A stretch of DNA of 64,000 bases from Octopus vulgaris. Lineage: Eukaryota. Position numbers and translations under genes: made by a program. The DNA is taken from positions 40,920,001 through 40,984,000 of the forward strand of contig OX597826.1 in assembly GCA_951406725.2 (NCBI GenBank). The letters are read 5' to 3'. The stretch's first letter is position 1; each line of letters begins with the position of its first letter. Below are positions 13,685-26,919 of the stretch, piece by piece. The notes under the pieces are model-generated. The model was not told the DNA's origin, made no database searches, and saw only the letters and a program-made list of their open reading frames with translations.

Positions 13685-13951
13685 GAAGAATTTATCAAAC
13701 ACCTGAGGAAGAATTTATCAAACACCCGAGGAAGAATTTATCAAACACCTGAGGAAGAATTTATCAAACACCCGAGGAAGAATTTATCAAACACCTGAGG
13801 AAGAATTTATCAAACACCCGAGGAAGAATTTATCAAACACATGAGGAAGAATTTATCAAACACCTGAGGAAGAATTTATCAAACACCTGAGGAAGAATTT
13901 ATCAAACACCCGAGGAAGAATTTATCAAACACCTGAGGAAGAATTTATCAA
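13685..13951. repeat. 23-bp minisatellite, ~11.5 copies
   Basis: Unit GAGGAAGAATTTATCAAACACC(T/C), directly abutting with no spacers. Confidence 0.95.
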
Positions 13952-14515
13952 GATACCAAATAGAAACACTCGGATGATTGGATGCTTCTTAGCTAAGTCA
14001 ACACGAGAAACGTTCAAGAGCACCTTTGGAGGTAAACCCAATCTCCATAGAACGAGAAGCAGGAGGGTAAATTCTGAGGTGCTCAGAGCCGACCTAGCTA
14101 CTGTTCTTTTTTTTTTTTTGTTCGTTTTTTTTTCCGTTTTTTTTTTTTTAATGCAGAAAACTTCTCTTAGCAACTTCTCTCAATGTTTTTAGTTGACTTG
14201 TGAACAAGAATTTTATTTCATTGAATCCAGTCCTGGTGAACACCCACCTCCTCTAATTCCCCCAACATCATTCCCATCTCTCCTTCCGCTTCTCTCTCTC
14301 TCTCTCCCTCTTCTCTCTCTTCCCCTCCCTCCCTCTCTCTCTCTCCCTCGCATGAACCCTGTTGTTCTGTTTTGTTTATACATAACTCTACCTTAATCTA
14401 GTCTCCCTGACAAAACCCTGCCAAACAGTTTTACTTAACCTTTGCTTCACTGTCATAAATCTCTGAAAATTCTAACGCAACCACCACCACCATCACTCTC
14501 CTAACATCAATACTA

Positions 14516-16290
<1,775 letters not shown>

Positions 16291-16608
16291 ATGTATGTAT
16301 ATAAAATGAGAGCGTATGTGTGAATGTAAGTGAAGGCTTTGAAATGGTGTGTCCCCGAGGAAAACGGATTTGATTTTCGAAATCTGAATCCCAGCGACAA
16401 GGTTTTCGGTTATAATTATTCAAAAAATTTCATTTTGTACCAGAAATAACTCAACTTTTAGAGCGACAGATCTACCACTCTCTATCTGTCTCCATCAGGT
16501 TCTCTCTTTTATGTCTTTTCCCCTCTCTATATATATTTACCACACGCTTTATCACTCTGCGTGTGTGTGTATGTGTGTGTGTATGTGTGCGTGTGTGTGT
16601 GTGAGTGA

Positions 16609-16668
<60 letters not shown>

Positions 16669-17129
16669 GTTTGTTTGATAAGTTACTCTAAGCGAAACAC
16701 TCGGCCGATTGTCACGAATAATTCCATTTATAATAGTTATTCTCGACAGTCAACGCCATCTTGAACTCTTTATTTGAGAGACAGTTTCCAAGTTGATAGC
16801 ACGTCTATACACACACACATACACGCACACACACACATACACATATCTGTATGCATGTATACATGTATAGTTGTTCGTTTGAACCCAATGCGTGCCAAAT
16901 TTGGTCATAGAGTATAATATAGCTCACTAATAATAAACGGGTCTTTTTCTTGTAGTTGCTGTTTCAGGAGGAATAAATAGTGGCCATGTTCTTGCAGGCC
17001 CTCTAAGACAAGTGAGTTTCGTGGTATTAACATTCCTCTTGAACTTATGCAAAGAAAGATATGAGGAAGGAGGGAAATCCAGGGTATTTATGCTTCGAGA
17101 AGGAAGGACTAGATGTAGTAATTTATGAG

Positions 17130-17546
17130 GAACTGCCGACATGTTTGTTGCAACAAGGGTAATGAAAAGAGGTAAGACGATTAGGACAAGAAAATATGTT
17201 ACAGTTTGTAACAGACCATGCCTTTCTTTTGCTGGGCTCAAATCTCATTTGCTGACCCATGGAAAACGAACCTCCACGAACTATTCTGCTTATATGTCTG
17301 TGCACACCTTTGAATGCAGTGTATGCCAGAAGGTTTGCAAATCTAACAGAGGCCTCAAAAGACATTTTAAGATCCACAAAGATGAGAACTTATCTGCAGC
17401 TCTTGGTAGTCCAAACCGGATGTGCAATCTATGTGGTTGTCTTTTCAGAACATTGTCTGATTTAAAAAGCCACATCAGAAGCCATAATGGTTCTAAGGTG
17501 TAGGTAGATGTGGTCAAACTCTGCATTAGGAGTAGACAACCACAAT
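17130..17546 (+). mobile_element. RTE-clade LINE 3' end with three C2H2-type fingers
   Basis: CNRPCLSFAGLKSHLLTH, CSVCQKVCKSNRGLKRHFKIH, CNLCGCLFRTLSDLKSHIRSH; first finger resembles the one at 93-455; no TGEKP linkers; short 3' UTR then a (TGGA)n tail. Confidence 0.7.
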
Positions 17547-18375
17547 GTATGGATGGATGGATGGATGGATGGATGGATGGATGGATGGATGGATGGATGG
17601 ATGTGCTAGGCCAGATTAAGACCCAGAGAGCACCTATGTACTTAAGAGATTGTGGTGGCCTCATATGTAATTAATTCAAAATATAAACAATAATACCATA
17701 GAATAAATTCATATTTTTCAAAATGAAATAGAACAGTACCATAGAAAATAATATTTTTATATACGACCAAGTTTATTTATATTTCAAAAGTTTTCTCTGA
17801 TTAGATCCTCACTTTGGTACCATGAACACTTCGAAATCATATTGCCAATCATATAAACTACTTTGAATATTATTTTAGCAAATTTAAAGTGGTTTCTTTT
17901 GAGCCACAAATCATTTGCCATTTCTGTGGTGCCCTCTTCCCTTGATGACCTAAGTGCGTGCTTAATTTGTTTCATGGTTAATCCAGCACTGTGTGTGCGT
18001 ATGTATATGTATGTATGTATTTATATGTGTATGTGTGTATGTATGTGTGTATGTATCTATGTTTGTACGTATGTACGTATGTGCTTGTGTATGTATGTAT
18101 GTATGCATGTGTGTATGTGTGTATGCATATATGTATGTGTGTATGTATGTATTATGTGCGTGTGTGTGCATGTATGTATGTATGTATGTATGCATGTTTG
18201 TATGTACCAATGAATGAATGAATGAAGGAAGGAAGGAAGGAATGAATGAATGTATGTACGTATATATTACGCAGGCATGTGTGTGTTCATGTATGAATGA
18301 GAGAGTATGTGAACATAGTCGTTTGAGTGTATGAGAGCGCGCACACTCGTGTTTAAAAAGAGAGAGAGACTATAA

Positions 18376-18449
<74 letters not shown>

Positions 18450-18808
18450 TTAGTTCTGGGTAGGAGTGAGAAACATGGGTGTACGTATGTGTGTGTCTAA
18501 GAGCGTGTGTAGTTGTATGTTTGGTTCATATGTGCGTGTTTGCGTGAGTATATGTACGCATGAATGTGTTGACGGTAATGTTTTAGTGCATGTATAAATG
18601 TATGAGCATATCTTTAGGGATATTTGTGAGCATACAGCAGTGCTTTGGGGCGTGTGTATGTGTGTGTTTGTGTGTGTGTATCTGTGTGTGTGTGTGTATC
18701 TGTGTATGTGTGTACGTGAGAGAGAGAGATAGAGACTTTGTGTGTGTGTGTGTGTGTGTGTCTGTGTGTGTATCTGTGTATATGTGTACGTGAGGGAGAG
18801 AGAGAGAG

Positions 18809-18892
<84 letters not shown>

Positions 18893-19292
18893 AGAAGTCA
18901 GAGCGGGGGCAAACTGTTTAGTTAAGGTGAGAGTAAATTTACAAGACACCGGGAAGAGATAAAAGCGCCACCTTGTGAGGAACATGGAGATAGAAGGGTA
19001 TCATAGACCAAAGCAACGACAGACACATACACTCAAGCACGCACTTATATGTGTGTGCGTGTGTGTGTGTATAGTACATACACACACATACAAACACTTT
19101 CGCAAACATATACACACACACACAGCAATCATACAAGATAAGCAAGAAGAAATAATACCCCTCCCCCTCTTATGTTAGCTGCGAAAGGTGGGGGAAGGGG
19201 TATGGTAAAAGTAGAATAAAGGAAGAGGTAAGAGAGAATAGAGAGGTGGAGGGGGTTCGTCTGCGTCTGAGATATATGTATATGTAAGTATG

Positions 19293-19323
<31 letters not shown>

Positions 19324-19913
19324 GAATGTCCTTTCGTTTGCCGACTCACTCGTGTGTATACACACACTCACACACATATACACACTCTTACCCTTATATA
19401 CACTATATAACACACTCGCTATCATTCATTGCGTGCAATCACTACTGTTGCCATACAATTCCACCACTATGTGCCACTGCTAACAATACATTGCTAACAC
19501 CACCACCACCACCAACACCAACAACAACAACAACAACAAAAGCAACGCAACGCTGAGGCCATCACTATATCACTAGCACCACCACCACTACCAACACAGC
19601 GCCAACATCACCACCTCCATCGCCACCGCTACTACCACCGTCACTGACACCACTAACACCACCGCCTCCCTAGACCACCGCCATCCTCTCGTAAACTGTA
19701 AACTGTCCGCCATATTGATCCGTCAGTTGACAGAATCGTTATCTGATTGTTTCCCCCAATTACGACTAAATGGTGTTAGGATCAAATGTACTTCCGGTAG
19801 AGAAATAAAGGGGAGATAAACAAACGAAAATAAAATGGTTGACTTGAAATGCATCCTTAACGGTCTGAACTGTCTAAAGTAACGATTGAAATGATGATTA
19901 GCAATAGTGTGTA

Positions 19914-19959
<46 letters not shown>

Positions 19960-20363
19960 TGTGTGTGTGTATGCGTGTGTGCGTGTGTTTGTGCGTGTTT
20001 GTGCGTGTGTTCGTGTGTGAGCTGCTACCGTTTATTTTGCTTTCTCTTTAATGCCTTTATGTCAACACCCACGTTTATATTTAATATATACAAATACATA
20101 CATGTACATACACGCGTACACAAACATATATATAATATACGTATGTATGTTTGCTTCTGTGTGCTAGTATGTATTAAATACATTTGGACATACACACACA
20201 CATATATATATGCATACAGTATTTTCACTACTTCAGCAAGCCAGTATTTTTCCGTCTGTATACAAACAGTTTTTTATCCAAAACGTCCGCATCGCTCTAT
20301 ATTTAAACCCTAATGGCTGACAACCATATGTAACGAAACTTAACAAAATCCTGTCTCTTTCTA

Positions 20364-20413
20364 TACCCACTGAAGGAGCGAGTTGTCGCCGAAACATCTA
20401 GACGTCCTGGGTA
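20364..20413 (+). ncRNA. Degenerate type I hammerhead ribozyme motif
   Basis: taccca-CTGAAGG-a-gcga-gttg-tcgc-c-GAAA-catctagacG-TC-c-tgggta: stems I (6 bp) and II (4 bp) present; last core A is G. Confidence 0.5.
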
Positions 20414-20982
20414 ATTTCCATGTAATAATTGCACATAGACGAGAGTTATATTAGTTTGAATCGCAGAGTTTCACTCTTTCCAAAGAATTAGTTTGAAGAA
20501 TGAGACAGAAATTGTCGTGGACCGCAGCAAAACATGAATGCCGAACTAATAATACTTAACTAACACTCCCTTGGTTACTTTAAAAGTTGTAAGATGATTG
20601 GAAGCTTATAGAGAACTATGAGGTATATATTTTTATACTTGGCAATGGTCTGGGTGTTGGGGTTCCGCCAATTAAACATACGCACTATTTATTTATGCAA
20701 CTACCTATACCGAGGAAAAGTTAATTGAGTTTACCACACGGTGATGGATAACAGGTGATTGACTATAAATCAAATAACCAATGCTATTAGCATATCCTGT
20801 GAGAGAATAGAGAATATTCTCTATAATGAACTTAACATGACGAAGGTTTTTGCTTGGTGGGTTCCACGTCTTCTGATACCTACTCAAAAATGCACCAGAG
20901 TGATCACATGACGGAAAATCTGACATTATTTCAGTCAGATCCTGCTGGTTTCTTTGAACGTTTCCTAACCCAGGATGAGTAT

Positions 20983-21150
20983 TGGCTTCATCGCTTTGAG
21001 CCAGGGCTTCATCGCTTTGAGCCAGGGCTTCATCGCTTTGAGCCAGGGCTTCATCGCTTTGAGCCAGGGCTTCATCGCTTTGAGCCAGGGCTTCATCGCT
21101 TTGAGCCAGGGCTTCATCGCTTTGAGCCAGGGCTTCATCGCTTTGAGCCA
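20983..21150 (+). repeat. 21-bp tandem repeat x8 inside the mariner ORF
   Basis: (G/T)GGCTTCATCGCTTTGAGCCA x8, encoding (W/G)LHRFEP x8. Confidence 0.97.
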
Positions 21151-21534
21151 TACACAATCCTGCAGAGGAAAAACCCCACCTCACCCGCTCTAAAGAAGAC
21201 CAAGGTCGTTTCATCTGCAGAGAAGGTGATGGCCTCAATTTTGGGGAATGCTAAAAGCATCGTGTTTATTGTCTACCATCAATGGATAGTACTATGCCAA
21301 CTTGCTGAGGCAGTTACGAAAGGCTACCAAGATCAAACGCCCAGGAAAACTAACAAAAGGAGTCTGTTTCATCAGGACAATGCTCCAGCACACAAGTCCT
21401 TGTTTTCAATGGCTGATGTACGTGACTATGGCCTTAAACTGGTTGATCGCCCTCTTTATTCTCCTGAATTGACACCATCTATCATCTGTTCCCCAGCATG
21501 AAAAAACACTTGGTTGGGAACCAGTATTGTAGTG

Positions 21535-21783
21535 GGGTAGAAAGGGTTCCTTAGCCGTAGTGAAGGCAATCTATCTAGGGAGATAAATCACTCGGTCCGT
21601 AGCTTAGAAATACTGGGTTGACGTCCAACGGGAACAGCTTTGTTTCATGGAGGAGGAAAGATCTTCTTTAGTACTTGGTTGTACAATGCTTTCCAATGTG
21701 TGTAGTAGTGGCGCGCGCACACATTATTAGCCATTTGAAAAGACTATGAAAGTCTCGACCACGGTCGAACAATGATGATGATG
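21535..21783 (+). mobile_element. Short retroposon with (ATG)n tail, nested in the mariner
   Basis: 9-bp target duplication attgtagtg at 21526-21534 and 21784-21792; the mariner coding sequence resumes after it. Confidence 0.8.
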
Positions 21784-22104
21784 ATTGTAGTGATGACGGC
21801 GTTATATCTGCTGTTGATGATATTTCTGACCAAGAGAATGAAAGCTTCTTCTCTAATGGGATCTAAGCACTGCAACACCAATGGAAGAAGTATGTAAACA
21901 GCAAGTGGGACTATGATGAAAAATGAACCTCATTAGGTCGGCCTTTGAACTTTTCAGCCGACCTCGTATGTGTATGTACGTATGTATGTATGTATGTATG
22001 TATGTATGTATGTATGTATGTGTATGCATGTGTGAGTGACCCCTCCGCCTTTTGTGGGTATAAAAAAAGGAGTCGGAGGCTGCCTGTTTGACTCGAACCT
22101 ATAT

Positions 22105-22265
22105 CTCTGAGTTCAAATTCCGCCGAGGTCGACTTTGCCTTTCATCCTTTCGTGGTCGATTAAATAAGTACCAGTTACGCACTGGGGTCGATGTAATTGA
22201 CTTAATCCCTTTGTCTGTCTTTGTTTGTCCCCTCTATGTTTAGCCCCCTGTGGGCAATAAAGAAA
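22105..22265 (+). mobile_element. SINE (family B), 5'-truncated
   Basis: ctgagttcaaattccgccgaggtcgactttgcctttcatcctttcg...taagtaccagttacgcactggggtcgat, near-identical to 47140-47300. Confidence 0.85.
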
Positions 22266-22538
22266 TATATATAACAGGCTTTCTATCATTGTACCATAGC
22301 AATCCTTCGAAAATTACAACCCATTTTAGAAACTTTATTCTTATCATCGAATATTGTCTGTTGTTGATATTTTAAGAATTTATAAACTTTCGAGAGAAAA
22401 CGTGCAATAATGTTTTTGGAATTTTACATGCTATTATTTGTAGTTTTATGTGTTCTTCGAGAGCCAATTTCGAAAAAGAAAAATTCCACGTTCTCTCGAA
22501 AGTTTATCAATACTTATGACCTCAACACACGCGCGCGT

Positions 22539-22593
<55 letters not shown>

Positions 22594-23802
22594 ACATACA
22601 TACATACATACATACATACATACATACATACATACATACATACATAGATGCATACATGCATACATACATACATACATACATACATGCATACATACATACA
22701 TGCATACATACATACATACATACATACATACATACATACATACATACATACATACATACATACATACATACATACATACATACTTTTCCCGTTTTGCATG
22801 TATACACATAAACATATTTTGTATTTCATACCGAAACTGTTATATGTAATATATCTAATTTGTGTATCCGCATAATTGCCTGCATATCTGCTGAATTTGA
22901 ACCTTCTTATAGCCATTCTTTACCCCGCGGAATAGATCCCCTGTAAAGACATCAGAGTCTAAGTTTTAATTTTTTGAGCACTACTAAGTGTCTTCTAAAC
23001 GGAGAATCTCTGGATCTCATTTGTGAACTACATGCATACACATACATACATACATACATACATACATACATACATACATACATACATACATACATACATA
23101 CATACATACATACATACATACATACATGCATGCATGCATGCATACATACATACATACATACATACATACATACATACATACATACATACATACATACATA
23201 CATACATACATACATACATACATACATTCTTCTACAGTTGAATAGACGAAGAATACTGTTTACAACAGCTTACCAATTGGCAAGTCTGTAAGACAACTGT
23301 CCTGATATAAAGAGCACCTCCGTGCTTCGTTTTTCCTGACTCTTTGAATTACCGATACTACTCGTTTTTGCCAGCTGAGTGGACCGGATCAACGTAAACT
23401 TAAGTGTCTTGCTCAAGGAAAGCAACACGCCACCGGTTTTCGAACTCACGACCTTACTATCGTGTGCCGCATACCCTAACCACTTAGCCACACGCCTTCA
23501 TGACGGGGATGTAATGACACACACAAACATCATAGACCACATCAAGAAAAGGCCTGTCCGTCAAAGATCCACTTCCTAACACACTGCACACTACAGCTTT
23601 AACTTCTGATCCACTAAATATAGCGCACACTATACACGCCCATATATATCTCACGTCTTCACATTTCAGTCTTTATAAAAATACTTGATCGGTTATTTCT
23701 TCCCATAACTTCGCCTTTTTAGAATTTCCTCGCAGCCCACATTTTTCTGTATTCTTTGTCGACTTCGAATCATTTCTAATGATGCATTGCAATGGCTATG
23801 CA

Positions 23803-23850
<48 letters not shown>

Positions 23851-24033
23851 GACATACATAGACACTTGGTAGTTAAACAACAAAAAAATCCCATAAACGG
23901 AGGATAGACAAACAGACAGACAGACAGACAGAAAGAAAGACAGACAGACAGACAGGAAGACAGACTGGCAGGCAGGTAGGCAGGCAGACAGGCAGACAGA
24001 CAGAAAGACAGACAGACAGAAAGACAGACTGGC

Positions 24034-24145
<112 letters not shown>

Positions 24146-24307
24146 CTATGTGTGTATTCGTATATGCATGCGTGTGCACATCCCGTTGAAACCATGAAAT
24201 GGACCGTAAAATTAAGAGAAAAACCTAAAATCTCAAAAGCCTCAGGACCAGACTACTTGTTCACCCCATCCTTAAAAAAGTGTGATCAATGGGAAACTAC
24301 CAATAGT

Positions 24308-24689
24308 GGAAGCACTCCGTCGGTTACGACGACGAGGGTTCCGGTTGATCCGATCAACGGAACAGCCTGCTCGTGAAATTAACGTGTAAGTGGCTGAGCA
24401 CTCCACAGACACGTGTACCCTTAACGTAGTTCTCGGGGATATTCAGCGTGACACAGAGAGTGACAAGGCAGGCCCTTTGAAATACAGGTACAACAGAAAC
24501 AGGAAGTAAGAGTGAGAGAAAGTTGTGGTGAAAGAGTACAGCAGGGATCACCACCATCCCTGCCGGAGCCTCGTGGAGCTTTAGGTGTTTTCGCTCAATA
24601 AACACTCACAACGCTCGGTCTTGGAATCGAAACCGCGATCCTACGACCGCGAGTCCGCTGCCCTAACCACTGGGCCATTGCGCCTCCAC
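24308..24689 (-). mobile_element. Full-length tRNA-derived SINE (family A)
   Basis: tRNA-like head; 9-bp TSD accaatagt (24299-24307, 24690-24698); near-identical to 37484-37865 in the opposite orientation. Confidence 0.92.
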
Positions 24690-24704
24690 ACCAATAGTAA
24701 ATGT

Positions 24705-24742
<38 letters not shown>

Positions 24743-25094
24743 AGTTGAGTGGGTGTGTGTGCTGACCTAAATATACATATATAAATTTCTAACACTCACT
24801 TACCTACAAATTTTAGGAGAGAAATTAACTCAGTAAAATTGATACCAGTTCATGGTAGGACGAAAAGAAAAGGTGACATAAGCCGGATTCGAAATCTGGA
24901 ATAATAAGATACGTAACTAAATACCACAAGTTATTTTGTCCGATGCTCTATCGATTCTGCTAATGCACCATCATTGTCACAGATAATTATATCCCTAGAT
25001 ATACATAATCACCTTCTACGAGTGTCCAATACTGTGCCACCGTTTTCGTTTGATCTTAGAGTTAATGAAGTCTTTTTTTTTCTTTTTGATTTGC

Positions 25095-25310
25095 TCCCAC
25101 AAGTCTTGCAATGGAATCCCTCAGATGCCTCCATCCCACCCAGAGCGAAAAGAACAGGACCAAGGAATTCATGGCAACGTAAATGAAGAACGAAGAGAGA
25201 TCTGAATGGATCTGGGGTATATGGATAAGAAGGTCCAGGAGAGGGGTAAATGGAAGTATGTGACTGATGGTATATGCCCCAGGAGAAGCCAAGAATTGAG
25301 TGAGTGATAC
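25095..25310 (+). mobile_element. RTE LINE 3' fragment
   Basis: QVLQWNP...KRTGPRNSWQR...QERGKWK resembles the RTE WNP.GKR.RGRP...W..AQDR..WR terminus; (GAGT)n-like tail. Confidence 0.55.
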
Positions 25311-26919
25311 ACTGAAATGTGAATATGAAATAAAATGAACCTATAGATGTAATTTTGAAAGCACTAATATTTCTTATCTCCGTCCTGTATCTGCAGTTAC
25401 TATATCAGATATTGTCTAACCAACACTTATATTGATATCAGTATATATAGTTATATAAAAAGCAGGCATCATTGATTGAAGTTGGCCAGCTTTCAATACA
25501 ACAGCAAAGGAAATGGAGAAATGGCAGCTTTTTGTTTTGACTTTCCCTCTTTCTTTCTTTTTTTCTTTCTTTTAGATCTATTCCGACACAGACCGCCAAG
25601 TCTCCAAAACTAGACATTAAATATTCCCATAAATACGATTCCCTTGAACTATAACGTTTTCTTCTTCATTCTTTCGCCCTTATGGGACTACTTAAATGGA
25701 ATAAACCATAGTTAACAACTATGTTCAAATTATACCATGAATATAAAAGAAATCAAACAAGCAGACGACAGCTACATTACGCCATTTCAATTTTCCTTAT
25801 TACCCTTACAACAACGATAATAACTCTACATTTGCGAAAATATATACCAATAAAATTCTCTATTTTCTCTTTTCCTGCGGAAGTCAAATTTCTAGGCAAC
25901 AATAACATTTCTAGCTAATACAGAAAATTAAATGATAGAATCAATACAATTAACCGATTTCAACCCAATTAACACTGAGATCGATCGGGTTCTGTCCCCG
26001 TTCACGTCAGTTATTTTATTTTATTTTTTGTTCTTGTTCTTATTTTTCCATCCTTCGGTGCCACTAGTAAAGCTTCTGCTTTGCAAGAGATATAAACAAC
26101 CTCGATTCTGTTTCAAATCCTTTTTGTAGCAGTTATCTTTCATATTACTATGGCCATAAGGAAGGTAGTGAGCTGGTAGAATCGTTAGAGCAACGGACAA
26201 ACTGTTTAATGTTATTCCTTCCAGCTCTTTATGGTCCGGGTTCTATTTCTGTCGACTTTGTCTTTCATCGTTTCGAGGTCGATAAAATGAAGTACCAATC
26301 GAGTACTGGGGTCGATATAATAGACTAACACCCTCCCCCTAAAACTGCTGGATTTGTGCTACAATTTAAACAATTACTATGACCAGGATCTAAACTACAA
26401 CTGGTACTTATTTTATCGGTTCAGAAGAATGGTGGGCTACCAAAATTTACTAATTACTAAAACATTTTGTACGCCGACCAACTGACCGATTCTGGCAATC
26501 CGCCGCCATTTGAAGTAAGAACAGTTGAATATTGCATAATCGAATGCAAAATTGGAATACTCGCTTTTAAAGAATGAGTGTTCGAGAAAAAAATATAGAA
26601 AGTAATGTTAAGACAAAGAACAGGAAAAAAAACTGAAAATCCAAAGAAAGGAATTGAATGTCCACTTGTCTTCTTTTTGTTTCCTTATTTTCTTATGATT
26701 GTAGAAGAGAAAACTCTTTTTGCTATATAGCAACCAGCTTCCACCTAAACCATGAGCTGAATCAAAAACAAAACAAAAAGAACACATTTGGAGATCTAAA
26801 AATAAAAAAACCCACAAAATTAAACATCCACTACCTCTACTAACACCACTAACATCCCCACTACCTCCCGAACACTGATAATAAATCAGAGTAACAGCCA
26901 CTACCAGAATCAGAAAACT

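Larger units (their letters stand above)
20730..21966 (+). mobile_element. Decayed mariner element, 3' two-thirds
   Basis: WVPRLL, FLTQDEYWLH, FHQDNAPAH and YSPELTPS motifs in shifting frames; right terminus ...gaacttttcagccgacctcg-TA. Confidence 0.9.

Noticed and set aside
13685-13951. Possible CRISPR-like array
   Set aside because: Units abut with no unique spacers, there are no cas genes, and the context is eukaryotic.
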